A stretch of DNA of 64,000 nt from Lentisphaeria bacterium (GTDB taxonomy: Bacteria > Verrucomicrobiota > Lentisphaeria > Victivallales > UBA1829), in contig JAGBXB010000060.1 of assembly GCA_017629515.1 (NCBI GenBank), positions 3,298-67,297 on the forward strand. The letters run 5' to 3'. Positions 1 to 9,264 of this stretch are shown piece by piece; position 1 is the stretch's first letter; every line of letters starts with the position of its first letter. The notes under the pieces were generated by a model. It was not told where the DNA came from, did not search any database, and saw nothing but the letters and a program-made list of their open reading frames with translations. The translations under genes were made by a program, and so were the position numbers.

Positions 1-141
1 GGAAAGTGCCCGCAGATTTTTCCATTTTTCAGAATTGCTCAAATGATCCACGGCAAGAATATCGGTAATGCCTTCTCTGTTGAGTTTCCAGATCATGGAA
101 CTGCCGATAAGCCCCGCTGCTCCTGTAACGATATATTTCAC
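1..141 (-). CDS. hldD: ADP-L-glycero-D-manno-heptose 6-epimerase, N-terminal fragment (gene runs off the window start)
   Basis: My reverse-strand translation from 141 reads VKYIVTGAAGLIGSSMIWKLNREGITDILAVDHLSNSEKWKNLRALS. It has a Rossmann GxxGxxG plus the GITDILxVDxL block typical of HldD/RfaD. The GTG start at 141-139 is uncertain. Too short for the ORF track. Confidence 0.55.
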   Translation of the reverse strand, partial: MKYIVTGAAGLIGSSMIWKLNREGITDILAVDHLSNSEKWKNLRALS

Positions 142-167
142 CTTTCTGCTCCTGTTTTAAATATTGA

Positions 168-197
168 TATTTTGCTCAATAATATTTTGCTCAATAA
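168..197. repeat. Perfect 15-bp tandem duplication (TATTTTGCTCAATAA x2)
   Basis: Read directly: 168-182 and 183-197 are identical. It spans the stop codon of the 191-601 ORF and lies about 30-55 nt upstream of the hldD start on the minus strand. Confidence 0.9.
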
Positions 198-601
198 TAG
201 AGAGAATCACTTCTTTTATTTTCCCTGCGGATCTGTTCATGCAGTTTGCCGCTGCGGTTTTCCTCCCCGCGCCACGGGAAGATCTGCACCGTTCCCCTGT
301 CCATTGGGCGGGAAACATCCCGGAATTTTCTTCTGTTTTCCTGTTCTTTTTCAAACAGATCGCCCAGCATGGACTTTTTATTTTTCTTTCCCATGTCTGC
401 CTTTTTCCGGTGCATCATTTCTTCGTAACTGTCTCTTTTAAAACCTTTCGGCGCCCCCAGATTCCGGTAGGGTTCCATAGGGTCCCTGGAACGGCAGGAA
501 ATACACGAAAGCAGTAAAACACTCATGGTAAGAAGAAAAGCGATGCTTTTCCTTTGTTTTCCGGTCTTTCCATCCATTTTTTTTCTGTAAAACAATTCCA
601 T
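191..601 (-). CDS. Small, highly charged putative lipoprotein (hypothetical)
   Basis: ORF 191..613. Internal start MELFYRKKMDGK... is preceded by GGGGAAAAA. Signal peptide with lipobox LLLSC|ISC. The rest is Lys/Arg/Glu-rich with no recognisable domain. Confidence 0.4.
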   Translation of the reverse strand: MELFYRKKMDGKTGKQRKSIAFLLTMSVLLLSCISCRSRDPMEPYRNLGAPKGFKRDSYEEMMHRKKADMGKKNKKSMLGDLFEKEQENRRKFRDVSRPMDRGTVQIFPWRGEENRSGKLHEQIRRENKRSDSLYY

Positions 602-619
602 TTTTCCCCACACCGATTA

Positions 620-2059
620 TTATAAATGCCGGATCAATACCATAGTCAAATCATCCTCCTGCCCCTCGCCGTTCTCATAACCGGCAAAATCCTCGATCTC
701 TTTGAGAGTATGATTGAAAAACTCATCCGGTGTCATATTTTTCCGGCAGGATTCCTGGAAAAGTGACCGCAGACGCTTTACTCCGAACTCCTCCTGATGT
801 TCCCTGCTGTCGGTAGCCTCGTTAAGCCCATCGGTAAAAAGAAACGCCCTCATGCCGGGGGTAAATTCCATGCAGAAAGTATCAAAGGAGGTAAATTCAC
901 TGGGCAGAAGTCCGATCCCGGAACCATCCGGATAGAAGGAACGCAGATGGTCGCGTACGAAAAGCATCAATTCCGTATGGCCCGCCCTGGCATATTCAAA
1001 GGAAAAATCCACCCGGTTGAGGATACAGCAGGCAAGAGTCACATATCTTTCATCCCCTGTGGCATTGTAAAGACTTTCGTTCAAGCCGGAAAGAAAATCT
1101 TTGAGAGAGGTGAAGTGCTTGGTATTTGCCCGGATATAACTTCTTGTCATAGTCATTACCATACATGCCGGGATCCCTTTGCCGCAGGCATCGCCGATAA
1201 TGACCATAAGACGGTTGTCATCCAGTTCCACAAAATCGTAAAAGTCTCCGCTGACCTCTTTGGAGGCACGGGTGAACGCATGAATGGAAAACCGCCCCCA
1301 GACGGGGATACTTCCCGGAAGGAGGGACTGTTGAAGCACTCTGGCAAAGTTCAATTCCTGGGAAAGTCTCTGCTGTTCCGCAAGATGGGAATAGGCATCA
1401 AGCACATTCTGGGCAAGAAGTGCCTGTGTGGCAATGAATTTGAATCTTGCGATCTGATCGGCGGAAAAATAATCTCTCTCATTTTCCGCGGTATTGACGG
1501 CGCAGATCACCCCCACCACGTCCCCCTCATTGATCAGAGGTACTGCCATAAGGCAATCTACCGGAATGACAGGCTCATAACTTAAAATACGGGGATCATC
1601 CATGGCATTTTCAAGGATGATATCCTTTCTTGTCTGTGCCACTTCCCCGATGATCCCTTCACCGGGACGGAAAGATTCCCCTTTGATCTGTTCCAGCAGA
1701 TAACGGGGTTTGGTCATGGCATAATTGAGGGAAAGACTTTTACGCACAAGGGGAAAGAGTCCGGAGATCCCGGCTGCTTTGAACACCCCTTCGGTACGGA
1801 TGAAAATACAGACACTTCTGGCATCAATTCGTTCCGCCACATATCTGGCGGTAACATTCATCCATTCATTGAGATTCTGACCGCCTTTCAGATTCCGGGA
1901 GAAAAGGGAGAGAAAATGATTGATCTCCACCGTATTGTGCATGGCACTGCTCAAACGCTGCCGCAGGAGGATGAGACGCATTCTCTGGATGATGCAGATA
2001 ACAAGCAGAACAGTAAAAGGCAGGAGAAGCAGAATAAGGGTTGCTAATGTAATTTTCAT
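620..2059 (-). CDS. Membrane-anchored GAF-domain PP2C/SpoIIE-family serine phosphatase (RsbU-like)
   Basis: 479-aa ORF. N-terminal TM segment, central GAF-like region, and a C-terminal SpoIIE/PP2C pattern (SGDFYDF ... IGDACGKG ... FTDGLNEA ... DDLTMV). Confidence 0.8.
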   Translation of the reverse strand: MKITLATLILLLLPFTVLLVICIIQRMRLILLRQRLSSAMHNTVEINHFLSLFSRNLKGGQNLNEWMNVTARYVAERIDARSVCIFIRTEGVFKAAGISGLFPLVRKSLSLNYAMTKPRYLLEQIKGESFRPGEGIIGEVAQTRKDIILENAMDDPRILSYEPVIPVDCLMAVPLINEGDVVGVICAVNTAENERDYFSADQIARFKFIATQALLAQNVLDAYSHLAEQQRLSQELNFARVLQQSLLPGSIPVWGRFSIHAFTRASKEVSGDFYDFVELDDNRLMVIIGDACGKGIPACMVMTMTRSYIRANTKHFTSLKDFLSGLNESLYNATGDERYVTLACCILNRVDFSFEYARAGHTELMLFVRDHLRSFYPDGSGIGLLPSEFTSFDTFCMEFTPGMRAFLFTDGLNEATDSREHQEEFGVKRLRSLFQESCRKNMTPDEFFNHTLKEIEDFAGYENGEGQEDDLTMVLIRHL

Positions 2060-2192
2060 TTTTTTTCTCCAGCTTCATTTGACTTTTTACCTGACACCTA
2101 TTAACTTTAATCTCAAAATGTATTTTTTTCAAATTCATTTTTATATTTCTTTGCATAAAATCGGTATAAATCAAAGCAAGACAGGTTTTTTT

Positions 2193-2930
2193 ATGAAAAA
2201 ATACAGAGCGGATGAACTTTTATGCCTCCGGGGCCACTGTTCCGGAAAGGAGGAGGCAGCACGCCTCATCATGGCGGGAAAAGTAAGGACTTCTCCTGAT
2301 GCAGTCGTACAGAAAGGCTCACAAATGCTGCCGGAAGATACACCTCTTCTGGTGGATTCGGGCTGCCCCTATGTAAGCAGGGGGGCATTGAAACTCAAAG
2401 ACGCTCTGGAAAAATTTGCACCGGATCTGACAAACTGTATCTGCGGGGATGTGGGAGCCTCCACCGGGGGCTTTACCGATCTCATGTTGAGTAAGAATGC
2501 GGCAAAAGTCTATGCGGTGGACGTGGGCAAAGGCCTTCTGCACTGGAAATTGAGAACAGATGAAAGAGTGATGGTTTGTGAGGGGATCAATGGACGGGAG
2601 CTGAACAAAGAAATCATCCCGGAGGAACTGGATATCCTGGTCATGGATGTTTCTTTCATTTCCTGCACGAAAATCCTTCCTGCGGCGGATCTTCTCATGA
2701 AAAAAGCCTGCCGCGCCTTTATTCTGGTGAAACCCCAGTTTGAAGCCCCCAAACACCTTGTTCCGCCGGGAGGGGTCATTACGGATGAAAATGTACGGCA
2801 GGATTGTTTGAAAAAAGTTCTGCGTTTTGTAGAGGAAAATCTTTCCTGGGAAGTGGTGGATATATCCGACTCCCCTTTGAAAGGACCAAAGGGAAATCTG
2901 GAATTTGTGGCTCACTTTGTGAAAAAGTGA
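2193..2930 (+). CDS. tlyA: TlyA-family rRNA 2'-O-methyltransferase (S4 + FtsJ-like domains)
   Basis: In-frame ATG at 2193 (MKKYRADELL...). S4-like N-terminus, then SRGALKL ... DVGASTGGFTD ... AVDVG ... DVSFIS, typical of TlyA. Confidence 0.85.
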   Translation: MKKYRADELLCLRGHCSGKEEAARLIMAGKVRTSPDAVVQKGSQMLPEDTPLLVDSGCPYVSRGALKLKDALEKFAPDLTNCICGDVGASTGGFTDLMLSKNAAKVYAVDVGKGLLHWKLRTDERVMVCEGINGRELNKEIIPEELDILVMDVSFISCTKILPAADLLMKKACRAFILVKPQFEAPKHLVPPGGVITDENVRQDCLKKVLRFVEENLSWEVVDISDSPLKGPKGNLEFVAHFVKK

Positions 2931-2964
2931 GCCTTGCAGCAGAGTATTACAGAAAAATTCCTTT

Positions 2965-4275
2965 TCACTTACGCAATTCTTCCAGACTCTTTTCCAATGC
3001 ACTGATCCGGTCTCTCTGCACAAGAGCCGTGTGACAGCATTCCCAGATACTGTAAAGAACAAAGGCAACGATCATTCCATTGATGGAGGAGATCCCGTAA
3101 GGAACAAAGTTTGCCACAAGAGCCCCTGCCGCCCAGGCAACAACAGCGGAAAGGCGTACTTTGCATCCTTTATCCAGTTGAGTAAGTTCTTCATAACTTT
3201 TTCCGCATCTGCGTATTACAAAAAAGTCAGCCGCAAGGATGGCTCCCACAGAGGGGATGAGGGAATTGAGGATATTCAGATACCCGCAGAAGTTATTGTA
3301 AAGGATCACCGCAAGAAGCGTTCCCAGAAGACCGTTGAAAAGCACAAGATATCTTTTGGGAATACCGGTAATATTGGAAAACCCCAATCCGGAAGTATAA
3401 AGAGCATTATCGTTGGTCGTCCAGATATTCATTCCCAGAACAATGATACCGGGAATCAGAAGCCCCTGGGCAACAAGTACATTGGAGATATCATTGGTAT
3501 TGTAGAACATTCCGCCTACGGCACCGAAAATAAACATGAGACTGTTGCCGATAAAGAAAGCGACCGCCGTAGTAATGACTGCGTGTTTTCTGTTTTTGGC
3601 AAAGCGTACAAAGTCCGGAGTACATGTTCCGCCGGAGATGAATGAACCCACAGTAAGGGCAATAGCCCCGCTCATGGTGAGAGCCTTTGCCTGATCCGGG
3701 GTGAAGGAGGCAAGGCGGCTCCAGGCGTCAGGATGATCGGCAAAAACTTTCAGCGCAGAAAAACCGCCGCCAATGGCAATGGCGGGAACGGCTATGACGG
3801 AAACAACAGTCAATGCTTTGATCCCCCAATAGGCGGAAGCGGTCATAACTGCTCCGGAAATCAGTACAGGTATCCAGATATTGCATTGTATCCCTTTTGC
3901 TTTCAGATACATCTGTACCGGAATGGCGAACATCGCCACGCCCACGCCGAACCAGCCTACCTGTGTGATCCCCAGAAGAAAAGAGGGGAGGAAAGAACCG
4001 TATCTGCCGAAAGTGTAACGGGAAAGAAGATGCAGAGATAATCCGGTAGTACCTGCCAGATAGGCAAGGATCGCGGTATAGATCCCCAGAATGAGATTCC
4101 CGCAGAGGACAGCAATAATAAAATCTTTCAAAGTCAGCCCTGCCCCCAGAGTAGCCCCAGTCCACATGGAAGCGGAAAAGAAAGTGAATCCCAGCATTAC
4201 AGCAAACATGCCGATAAAGGATTTGCGTTGTTCAAGCGGGACGGTTGTTTGTTCAAAATCAGTGTGGGAAGCCAT
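2965..4275 (-). CDS. codB: NCS1-family nucleobase (cytosine/purine-type) permease
   Basis: Start trimmed to MASHTDF, with AAGGAG upstream. MLGFTFFSASMWTGATLGAGL and GITQVGWFGVGVAMFAIPV closely resemble E. coli CodB. About 12 TM segments. Confidence 0.85.
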   Translation of the reverse strand: MASHTDFEQTTVPLEQRKSFIGMFAVMLGFTFFSASMWTGATLGAGLTLKDFIIAVLCGNLILGIYTAILAYLAGTTGLSLHLLSRYTFGRYGSFLPSFLLGITQVGWFGVGVAMFAIPVQMYLKAKGIQCNIWIPVLISGAVMTASAYWGIKALTVVSVIAVPAIAIGGGFSALKVFADHPDAWSRLASFTPDQAKALTMSGAIALTVGSFISGGTCTPDFVRFAKNRKHAVITTAVAFFIGNSLMFIFGAVGGMFYNTNDISNVLVAQGLLIPGIIVLGMNIWTTNDNALYTSGLGFSNITGIPKRYLVLFNGLLGTLLAVILYNNFCGYLNILNSLIPSVGAILAADFFVIRRCGKSYEELTQLDKGCKVRLSAVVAWAAGALVANFVPYGISSINGMIVAFVLYSIWECCHTALVQRDRISALEKSLEELRK

Positions 4276-4308
4276 GTTTTTCTCCTTTTTGTTATGGGGG
4301 ATTATTAA

Positions 4309-4517
4309 GGTACTGAAAAAAGTCCCCAAAAGTCTGAAAAGTTATTGACTTTGTTCTGCAAATGGAGCATTTTGAATCTGTTACCACTGCGGGCAGCAGC
4401 CCCGAAATGAGATGTATATTTTGAGTGCTTGCTTGTGCACCCGCCCCAAATTACCATTCACAGAACTTTGTCACTATTCTTTTCCTTTGTTCCGGATGAC
4501 TTTTTTCATTACCTCTT
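4309..4517 (-). ncRNA. Copy B of a repeated, apparently structured non-coding element (candidate sRNA or cis-regulatory leader) carrying an 11-codon mini-ORF (4474-4509)
   Basis: 65/70 nt identical, including a 35-nt perfect block, to 52152-52221 on the + strand. Outer helix 4513-4498 pairs with 4324-4309 (15/16). Inner helix 4466-4454 pairs with 4365-4353 (13 bp, 2 G-U). SD AAGAGG + ATG encodes MKKVIRNKGKE*. Confidence 0.55.
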
Positions 4518-5490
4518 ATTGCAAAAATTTACGCATTTTTCCAATTTGTTCTTTGGCAAGAGCGATCAGATCCGTCTTTTCAAATCTTTTTTCATCAAGG
4601 ATATCCATACGCTCTTTCAGATATTCCCCGAAAGTCGTCCCCCGTTCGGCGATTTCCAGAACCTGTTTCCAGTAGGAAATCACATCCCCGGCATATTCCC
4701 GTACCCAGAATGCCCGGCTTCCGGCATCGTAAATAATACATCTTTCCAGAGGGTAGGAACTTTTTTCATACTGGGACTCAATAAATTCCGGAGCCATAAG
4801 GGAATCTCTCTTTACAAGATCGGTTCCGGTAAGGCGGATGGAAAGGGGGGAAGAGGGATCCGGAACGGAAAAACACCCTTCCAGATAGATAAGGAAAGTA
4901 TCCTGATAACCGGGGAAAAGTTCCCGGCATTTTGCATCAGCTTGTGCAAGAATCGTTGCCGCTTGCGGGCCGCCATAGGTAAAAAAGACGATCCTTTTCA
5001 AATCCGTTCCGGCTTCTTTTGCCTCCCGGATCAGTTCAAAAAGAGCATACTGCAAACTTGTACCGGTTGCCACCACATCTCCGATAACAAAAGATGTCTC
5101 ATTGGGGAAATACAATTTTCTGTATGCGTTTTCCGTAATATGCCAGGATTCGGGATCTGCATCATTCCTTGCCCGCTGTGCGCTTAAAAAACAGGTGGTG
5201 TGATTGTTCCAGGAATAGGCGTTGGCAAGGGCTTTTCTCAACCCGAAATTCAATCCCCCCCGCAGGATCTTCACTACCACAGTGGAAGATTCTTTCAATC
5301 CGAAATCGTATGCTTTCAGGATCTTTTCGCAAGCGGAACACAATTTATCCGTATATTGTACTCCTGCGATCACCGGGTCATTGCAGATCCTTCTCGTTTC
5401 CGGGGTACTTGCGATAAATTCCTTTAATAAAAGTCCATTTTCACAGCCATAGATCTTCACATCTTCCTGTGAACAAATTTCTTTAAGCAT
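4516..5490 (-). CDS. Divergent type-I phosphoribosyltransferase, UPRT-like, with a long C-terminal extension
   Basis: VVKILRGGLNFG resembles the Upp PILRAGLGM motif. VIGDVVATGTS matches the PRPP-binding loop (DPMLATGGS). At 324 aa it is about 110 aa longer than Upp and lacks the C-terminal GLGDAGDR motif. Confidence 0.55.
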   Translation of the reverse strand: MLKEICSQEDVKIYGCENGLLLKEFIASTPETRRICNDPVIAGVQYTDKLCSACEKILKAYDFGLKESSTVVVKILRGGLNFGLRKALANAYSWNNHTTCFLSAQRARNDADPESWHITENAYRKLYFPNETSFVIGDVVATGTSLQYALFELIREAKEAGTDLKRIVFFTYGGPQAATILAQADAKCRELFPGYQDTFLIYLEGCFSVPDPSSPLSIRLTGTDLVKRDSLMAPEFIESQYEKSSYPLERCIIYDAGSRAFWVREYAGDVISYWKQVLEIAERGTTFGEYLKERMDILDEKRFEKTDLIALAKEQIGKMRKFLQ

Positions 5491-5569
5491 ATCTTACCTC
5501 TTTTTTTCAATGAAATCCGCTTATAAAATATAGTCCTTTTCAAAGAAAAAGCAACTTCTTTTTTCCTTT

Positions 5570-7486
5570 TTATTCCCCTTTACCGGGAAAAGATGTTTCA
5601 AAAAGAGTAAGAACAAACTTCTTTCTGTAAAGTAATGCCCCCGCCCACGGATCAAGTTGGCAGATTCTTCTGGAAAAAAGACGCGCAGAAAGAGAAACGG
5701 AAAATTTTTTCACCATATTTTTTTCAAGTTTCTTTTCCCCCGTTTCCCCATCCCAGAGCATTTGGAATTCTTTGGTCGTCCACAACGCCGGAGAAAAAAG
5801 GAAAGGAACTTTTCCCATTGATCCGATCAGGTCTTTTGAATAGCAATTGCCTTTTTCCGTCTCAAGATGAAGAACCGGGGGCGGTACTCTCCACAAAAAG
5901 GAAATCATGCGTCCCAATAAGGAATATTCCACACTGAAAGCAGCATAAAGAAGTTTCTTTTCATGGGCGGGCAATTCTATTGTCTCTCCGGCAGTAAAGG
6001 ATATTTCCCGGATCTTCTTTAATTGTTTTTCCTTTCCGGCAGGATCTTTTTTCATAAGGAGAAGTTCCCCTCTGTTTCCGTCAAGCATTTTTTCCGGCAC
6101 ATATTTTCCACACAGAGGCAATATGGAATAATCTGCCTGCATAGGATAACGGTTATCCAGATTTTCCAGACGGAACAGGAGAAAATCCGCCGGAGCGGAG
6201 GAGGTGTGAACTCTGTTAAGGAGAAGCAATTTTTCCGTATAGGCGGAGTAAGTCTGCATCACCGGGCGGGGCAGATAGGTAAAACCCATCTTATGAAGGG
6301 TATCAAATTCCCCGTAAGAATATAAATCACAACTTTTTCCCTGATATGTCCCCTTATTCTGCCACGGGGGGATCTGTTTCTGAAACAGGGGAAGAATATT
6401 CTGAAATGTTACCTTTCTTCCCAGTTCCCAATGAAGATCCGGCAGCTGCTTTGTCATAATGATACAGGGTATCCCCACAGCAATCACAAACAGGGCCGCC
6501 CGGCGCAATAATTCTCCATCTATAACTTTTTCCGGCATATCCTTGCAGAAAAAATATGCGGCAACAGCGGCAAGGTTCAATAATCCCCCGGCAATATGTC
6601 CGGCATCCATACGCACAACCGCATACTTGTAACTTACATATAACGGCAGGGAAAGAGCAAAAAGATACAGGATCTTTTCACAGAAAGACAACTCTTTTTT
6701 CTTCCATGAGAGATATAAAAAGTTCCCCCAGAGAAAGAGAGAAACTGCCAGAGTGATATAAAAATATTCTATATCCACATAAAAGGAACTCATCGCCTTA
6801 TTGAAGCCATCCATGATCTCAAAGGAATAGAGTAAAAAGTTGATAAGTTCCCCGATTTTCTGACCGGTAAGAAGCCAGAGGAGGGGCAGAAACAATAGAA
6901 ATGCCCCGAAAAGAAAACATTTTTTCTGTTTCAGAAATATTCTTATATCCGCCAGTACAAGGGAAAGGAATACTGCCGGGAAAAAGGTAAACTTCATAAA
7001 AACGCATATCGTTCCTGTAAAAGTGAGGAAAAGCAGGAAAAAAATATTTTTCTTATCCGGTTTTTCTCCTGCTCTTTCCAGAATGAGAAGAGGGAAAAAA
7101 ACGAAAAACAGATCATGCAGAGTTGAAAAGACCGTAAAAACAGCAAAAAGACACTTCCACAGAAAGTCTCTTTTATTGCCAAAAAGGAAAAGATCTTTCA
7201 GGGCAAAAAGAAAGAGAAGATTCAAAAATAAAGCAAGAAGATATGCTTCTTTGCTCATGGGATTGAAAAGATACCCCAATGGACCGTAGGTAAAAATAAA
7301 GTCTTTACCGAAAAGGATGTGATTTTCTGCGGCATACTGCAAAGTTTTCATCCAGGAGGGATCAATGGAATCCTCCCCCGGCAGAAAGATTTTCATAACA
7401 GGAAGATGCCAGAAAAAAACAAGGAAAAGCAGAAAATACAAAAGGATTTTTTTCTGTCCGGAGGTAAATTCTTTCTGTGAAAACAT
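5570..7486 (-). CDS. Large polytopic membrane protein, GT-C-like putative glycosyltransferase
   Basis: 638 aa with about 10-12 TM segments in the first ~400 aa and then a soluble C-terminal domain. Acidic EDSID motif in the first extracytoplasmic loop. Its start abuts the stop of a GT2 polyprenyl-phosphate glycosyltransferase gene. Confidence 0.5.
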   Translation of the reverse strand: MFSQKEFTSGQKKILLYFLLFLVFFWHLPVMKIFLPGEDSIDPSWMKTLQYAAENHILFGKDFIFTYGPLGYLFNPMSKEAYLLALFLNLLFLFALKDLFLFGNKRDFLWKCLFAVFTVFSTLHDLFFVFFPLLILERAGEKPDKKNIFFLLFLTFTGTICVFMKFTFFPAVFLSLVLADIRIFLKQKKCFLFGAFLLFLPLLWLLTGQKIGELINFLLYSFEIMDGFNKAMSSFYVDIEYFYITLAVSLFLWGNFLYLSWKKKELSFCEKILYLFALSLPLYVSYKYAVVRMDAGHIAGGLLNLAAVAAYFFCKDMPEKVIDGELLRRAALFVIAVGIPCIIMTKQLPDLHWELGRKVTFQNILPLFQKQIPPWQNKGTYQGKSCDLYSYGEFDTLHKMGFTYLPRPVMQTYSAYTEKLLLLNRVHTSSAPADFLLFRLENLDNRYPMQADYSILPLCGKYVPEKMLDGNRGELLLMKKDPAGKEKQLKKIREISFTAGETIELPAHEKKLLYAAFSVEYSLLGRMISFLWRVPPPVLHLETEKGNCYSKDLIGSMGKVPFLFSPALWTTKEFQMLWDGETGEKKLEKNMVKKFSVSLSARLFSRRICQLDPWAGALLYRKKFVLTLFETSFPGKGE

Positions 7487-8212
7487 TTATTTTTTCCCTT
7501 TTCCGGTAAATGCAAGAAAATACCATTTCAAATATTTGGGGAGCCATTTGAAAAGTTTGAAATTGGATTTCCCGGCGACCCTGTCCACCCAGGAAGTCGG
7601 CACTTCGGCAATTTTTCTTCCCTGTAAAAAGGCTTTTACAGTAAGTTCCAACCCCAGTTCAAAGCCGCCCGTACTTTCGATGACATTTTCAGAAAGAAAA
7701 CTTTTTCTGTAAAGTTTGAAACTGTTGGTCACATCATGTACCGGCACACCGGCAAAAAAGTGCAGGGAAAGTCCCGCACAACGGCTTAACAGTCCCTTGA
7801 AAAAGGGTCCGCCTTTCTGACTGCCCCCTTTCATATACCGGGAAGCACAAACGATATCACAATTTTTCTCTTCCGCCTTTTTTACCATTTCATCAATAAC
7901 TTCCGGGGGATCACACAAATCCGCCATGGAAACAACCACATATTTGCTCTGCGCCTGTTCCAGACCTGTTTTGATGGCATAAAGCACGCCTCTGCCGTAA
8001 GCATTGCGTACTTTTTTGATTTTCCCCTCTTCCACCATATTTTCCGCAAGGAAAGAAGCAAGAGCGGGAAGAGTGGTATCTTCTTCAAAATCATATACAA
8101 TAAGGATCTCGCAAGAAGTTTTCACCTTTGCAAGAAGACGGGTCAGGGCTTCCCGGATATTTTCCCCCTCATTATAGACAGGAAGAACGATGGAAAGGAG
8201 TTTTTCTGCCAT
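7487..8212 (-). CDS. GT2-family polyprenyl-phosphate sugar transferase (Dpm1/ArnC/GtrB-like)
   Basis: LSIVLPVYNEGENI ... VVSMADLCDPPE (DxD-like) ... C-terminal amphipathic/TM tail. Start placed at ATG 8212 (MAEKLL); an alternative TTG at 8227 overlaps the upstream stop. Confidence 0.8.
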   Translation of the reverse strand: MAEKLLSIVLPVYNEGENIREALTRLLAKVKTSCEILIVYDFEEDTTLPALASFLAENMVEEGKIKKVRNAYGRGVLYAIKTGLEQAQSKYVVVSMADLCDPPEVIDEMVKKAEEKNCDIVCASRYMKGGSQKGGPFFKGLLSRCAGLSLHFFAGVPVHDVTNSFKLYRKSFLSENVIESTGGFELGLELTVKAFLQGRKIAEVPTSWVDRVAGKSNFKLFKWLPKYLKWYFLAFTGKGKK

Positions 8213-8223
8213 ATTTACCTGCC

Positions 8224-9246
8224 TCAAATCCCGCCAAGTCTGATCTGTTCCAGAATCCAGGGCATGACTTCATCAAGGATCTCATTCAAAGAGGTTTCCG
8301 CTTTGAATCCCAGAAGTTTTTCCGCCTTTTCCACAGAGGGAACGCGTTTCTGTACATCATATTGGAAAGGGGCATCGGAAGTATAACGGAAAGGCTTTTC
8401 CCCTTTGTAATATTTGTTCCAGATCAATTCCGCAAGTTCCAGTACGCTTGTGGAAGCAGCAGTAGACAAGTTGAAATCCTCATTAATGGCTTCCTCTTTT
8501 TCAATACATAAGCGTATCCCCCTTGCCAGATCGCCGCCATAGGTATAATGACGGATCTGATTGCCGGAACCCAGAATATGCAGAGGATCCTGCCCTTTGG
8601 CGATCTTCTGCACAAGATCCGGCACAACATGACTCATGGCAAGTTTGATGTTGCCGCTTTCGATCTCCGTATCACACAAAGCGCGTTTTTCCCCTGTCCC
8701 AACGCAGTTAAAAGGCCGGATGATGGTGTAGGGCAATCCATACTGTTCAAACGCGCCCTGGGCAAAATATTCACAGGCAAGTTTCTGGAATCCATAGGTG
8801 GAAAGAGGCGGCGGACATTTTCTTTCATCCCCCTCTTTACTGGGGAAAGAATCGGCACACTCATAGACCATACTGGAACTCAAAACATTGATCTTTTTGA
8901 GTTTCGCATGTTTTTTCGCCCAGATCGCCGTATCGAAAGTGGCAGCAATGATCCTCTCATTTTCCGCAAGGAGATCGTAGGCGAGGGTATGAAAATAGGA
9001 GATCCCGCCGATCATGGCGGCAGCCCCTAAAATCTGGTCGCACTCTCCTGCAAGTTCTTTCATAAGAGCAAGATCTTTCACATCCCCTTCCACAAAGTGA
9101 TAATTGGGGTGTTTATCGTAGGATTTTTCCACCTTTCCATATTTGGAAAAGTTATCTATACCGTAAACCGTATGCCCATGGGCAAGAAGTTCTTCCACAA
9201 GATACCCGCAAATAAATCCGGCAGAACCGGTGACCAGAATATTCAT
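8224..9246 (-). CDS. NAD-dependent nucleotide-sugar epimerase/dehydratase (SDR family)
   Basis: MNILVTGSAGFICGYL Rossmann motif, SSSMVY and YGFQK (YxxxK) catalytic pattern. 340 aa. Confidence 0.85.
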   Translation of the reverse strand: MNILVTGSAGFICGYLVEELLAHGHTVYGIDNFSKYGKVEKSYDKHPNYHFVEGDVKDLALMKELAGECDQILGAAAMIGGISYFHTLAYDLLAENERIIAATFDTAIWAKKHAKLKKINVLSSSMVYECADSFPSKEGDERKCPPPLSTYGFQKLACEYFAQGAFEQYGLPYTIIRPFNCVGTGEKRALCDTEIESGNIKLAMSHVVPDLVQKIAKGQDPLHILGSGNQIRHYTYGGDLARGIRLCIEKEEAINEDFNLSTAASTSVLELAELIWNKYYKGEKPFRYTSDAPFQYDVQKRVPSVEKAEKLLGFKAETSLNEILDEVMPWILEQIRLGGI

Positions 9247-9264
9247 GATTTTTTCCTGTTTTTT

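Noticed and set aside
3123-3133. An 11-nt match (CCCTGCCGCCC) to the 3' end of tRNA-Trp as a possible att-site remnant
   Set aside because: It lies inside the codB coding sequence, is only 11 nt long, and has no integrase or second boundary.
4276-4515. TPP (or other known) riboswitch in front of the CodB/CytX-like NCS1 permease
   Set aside because: I looked for the TPP hallmarks (CUGAGA, ACCUGAUCUGGnUAAUnCCAGCG) and for purine or preQ1 cores on the minus strand and found none. The same element also precedes an unrelated lipoprotein/uppP operon.
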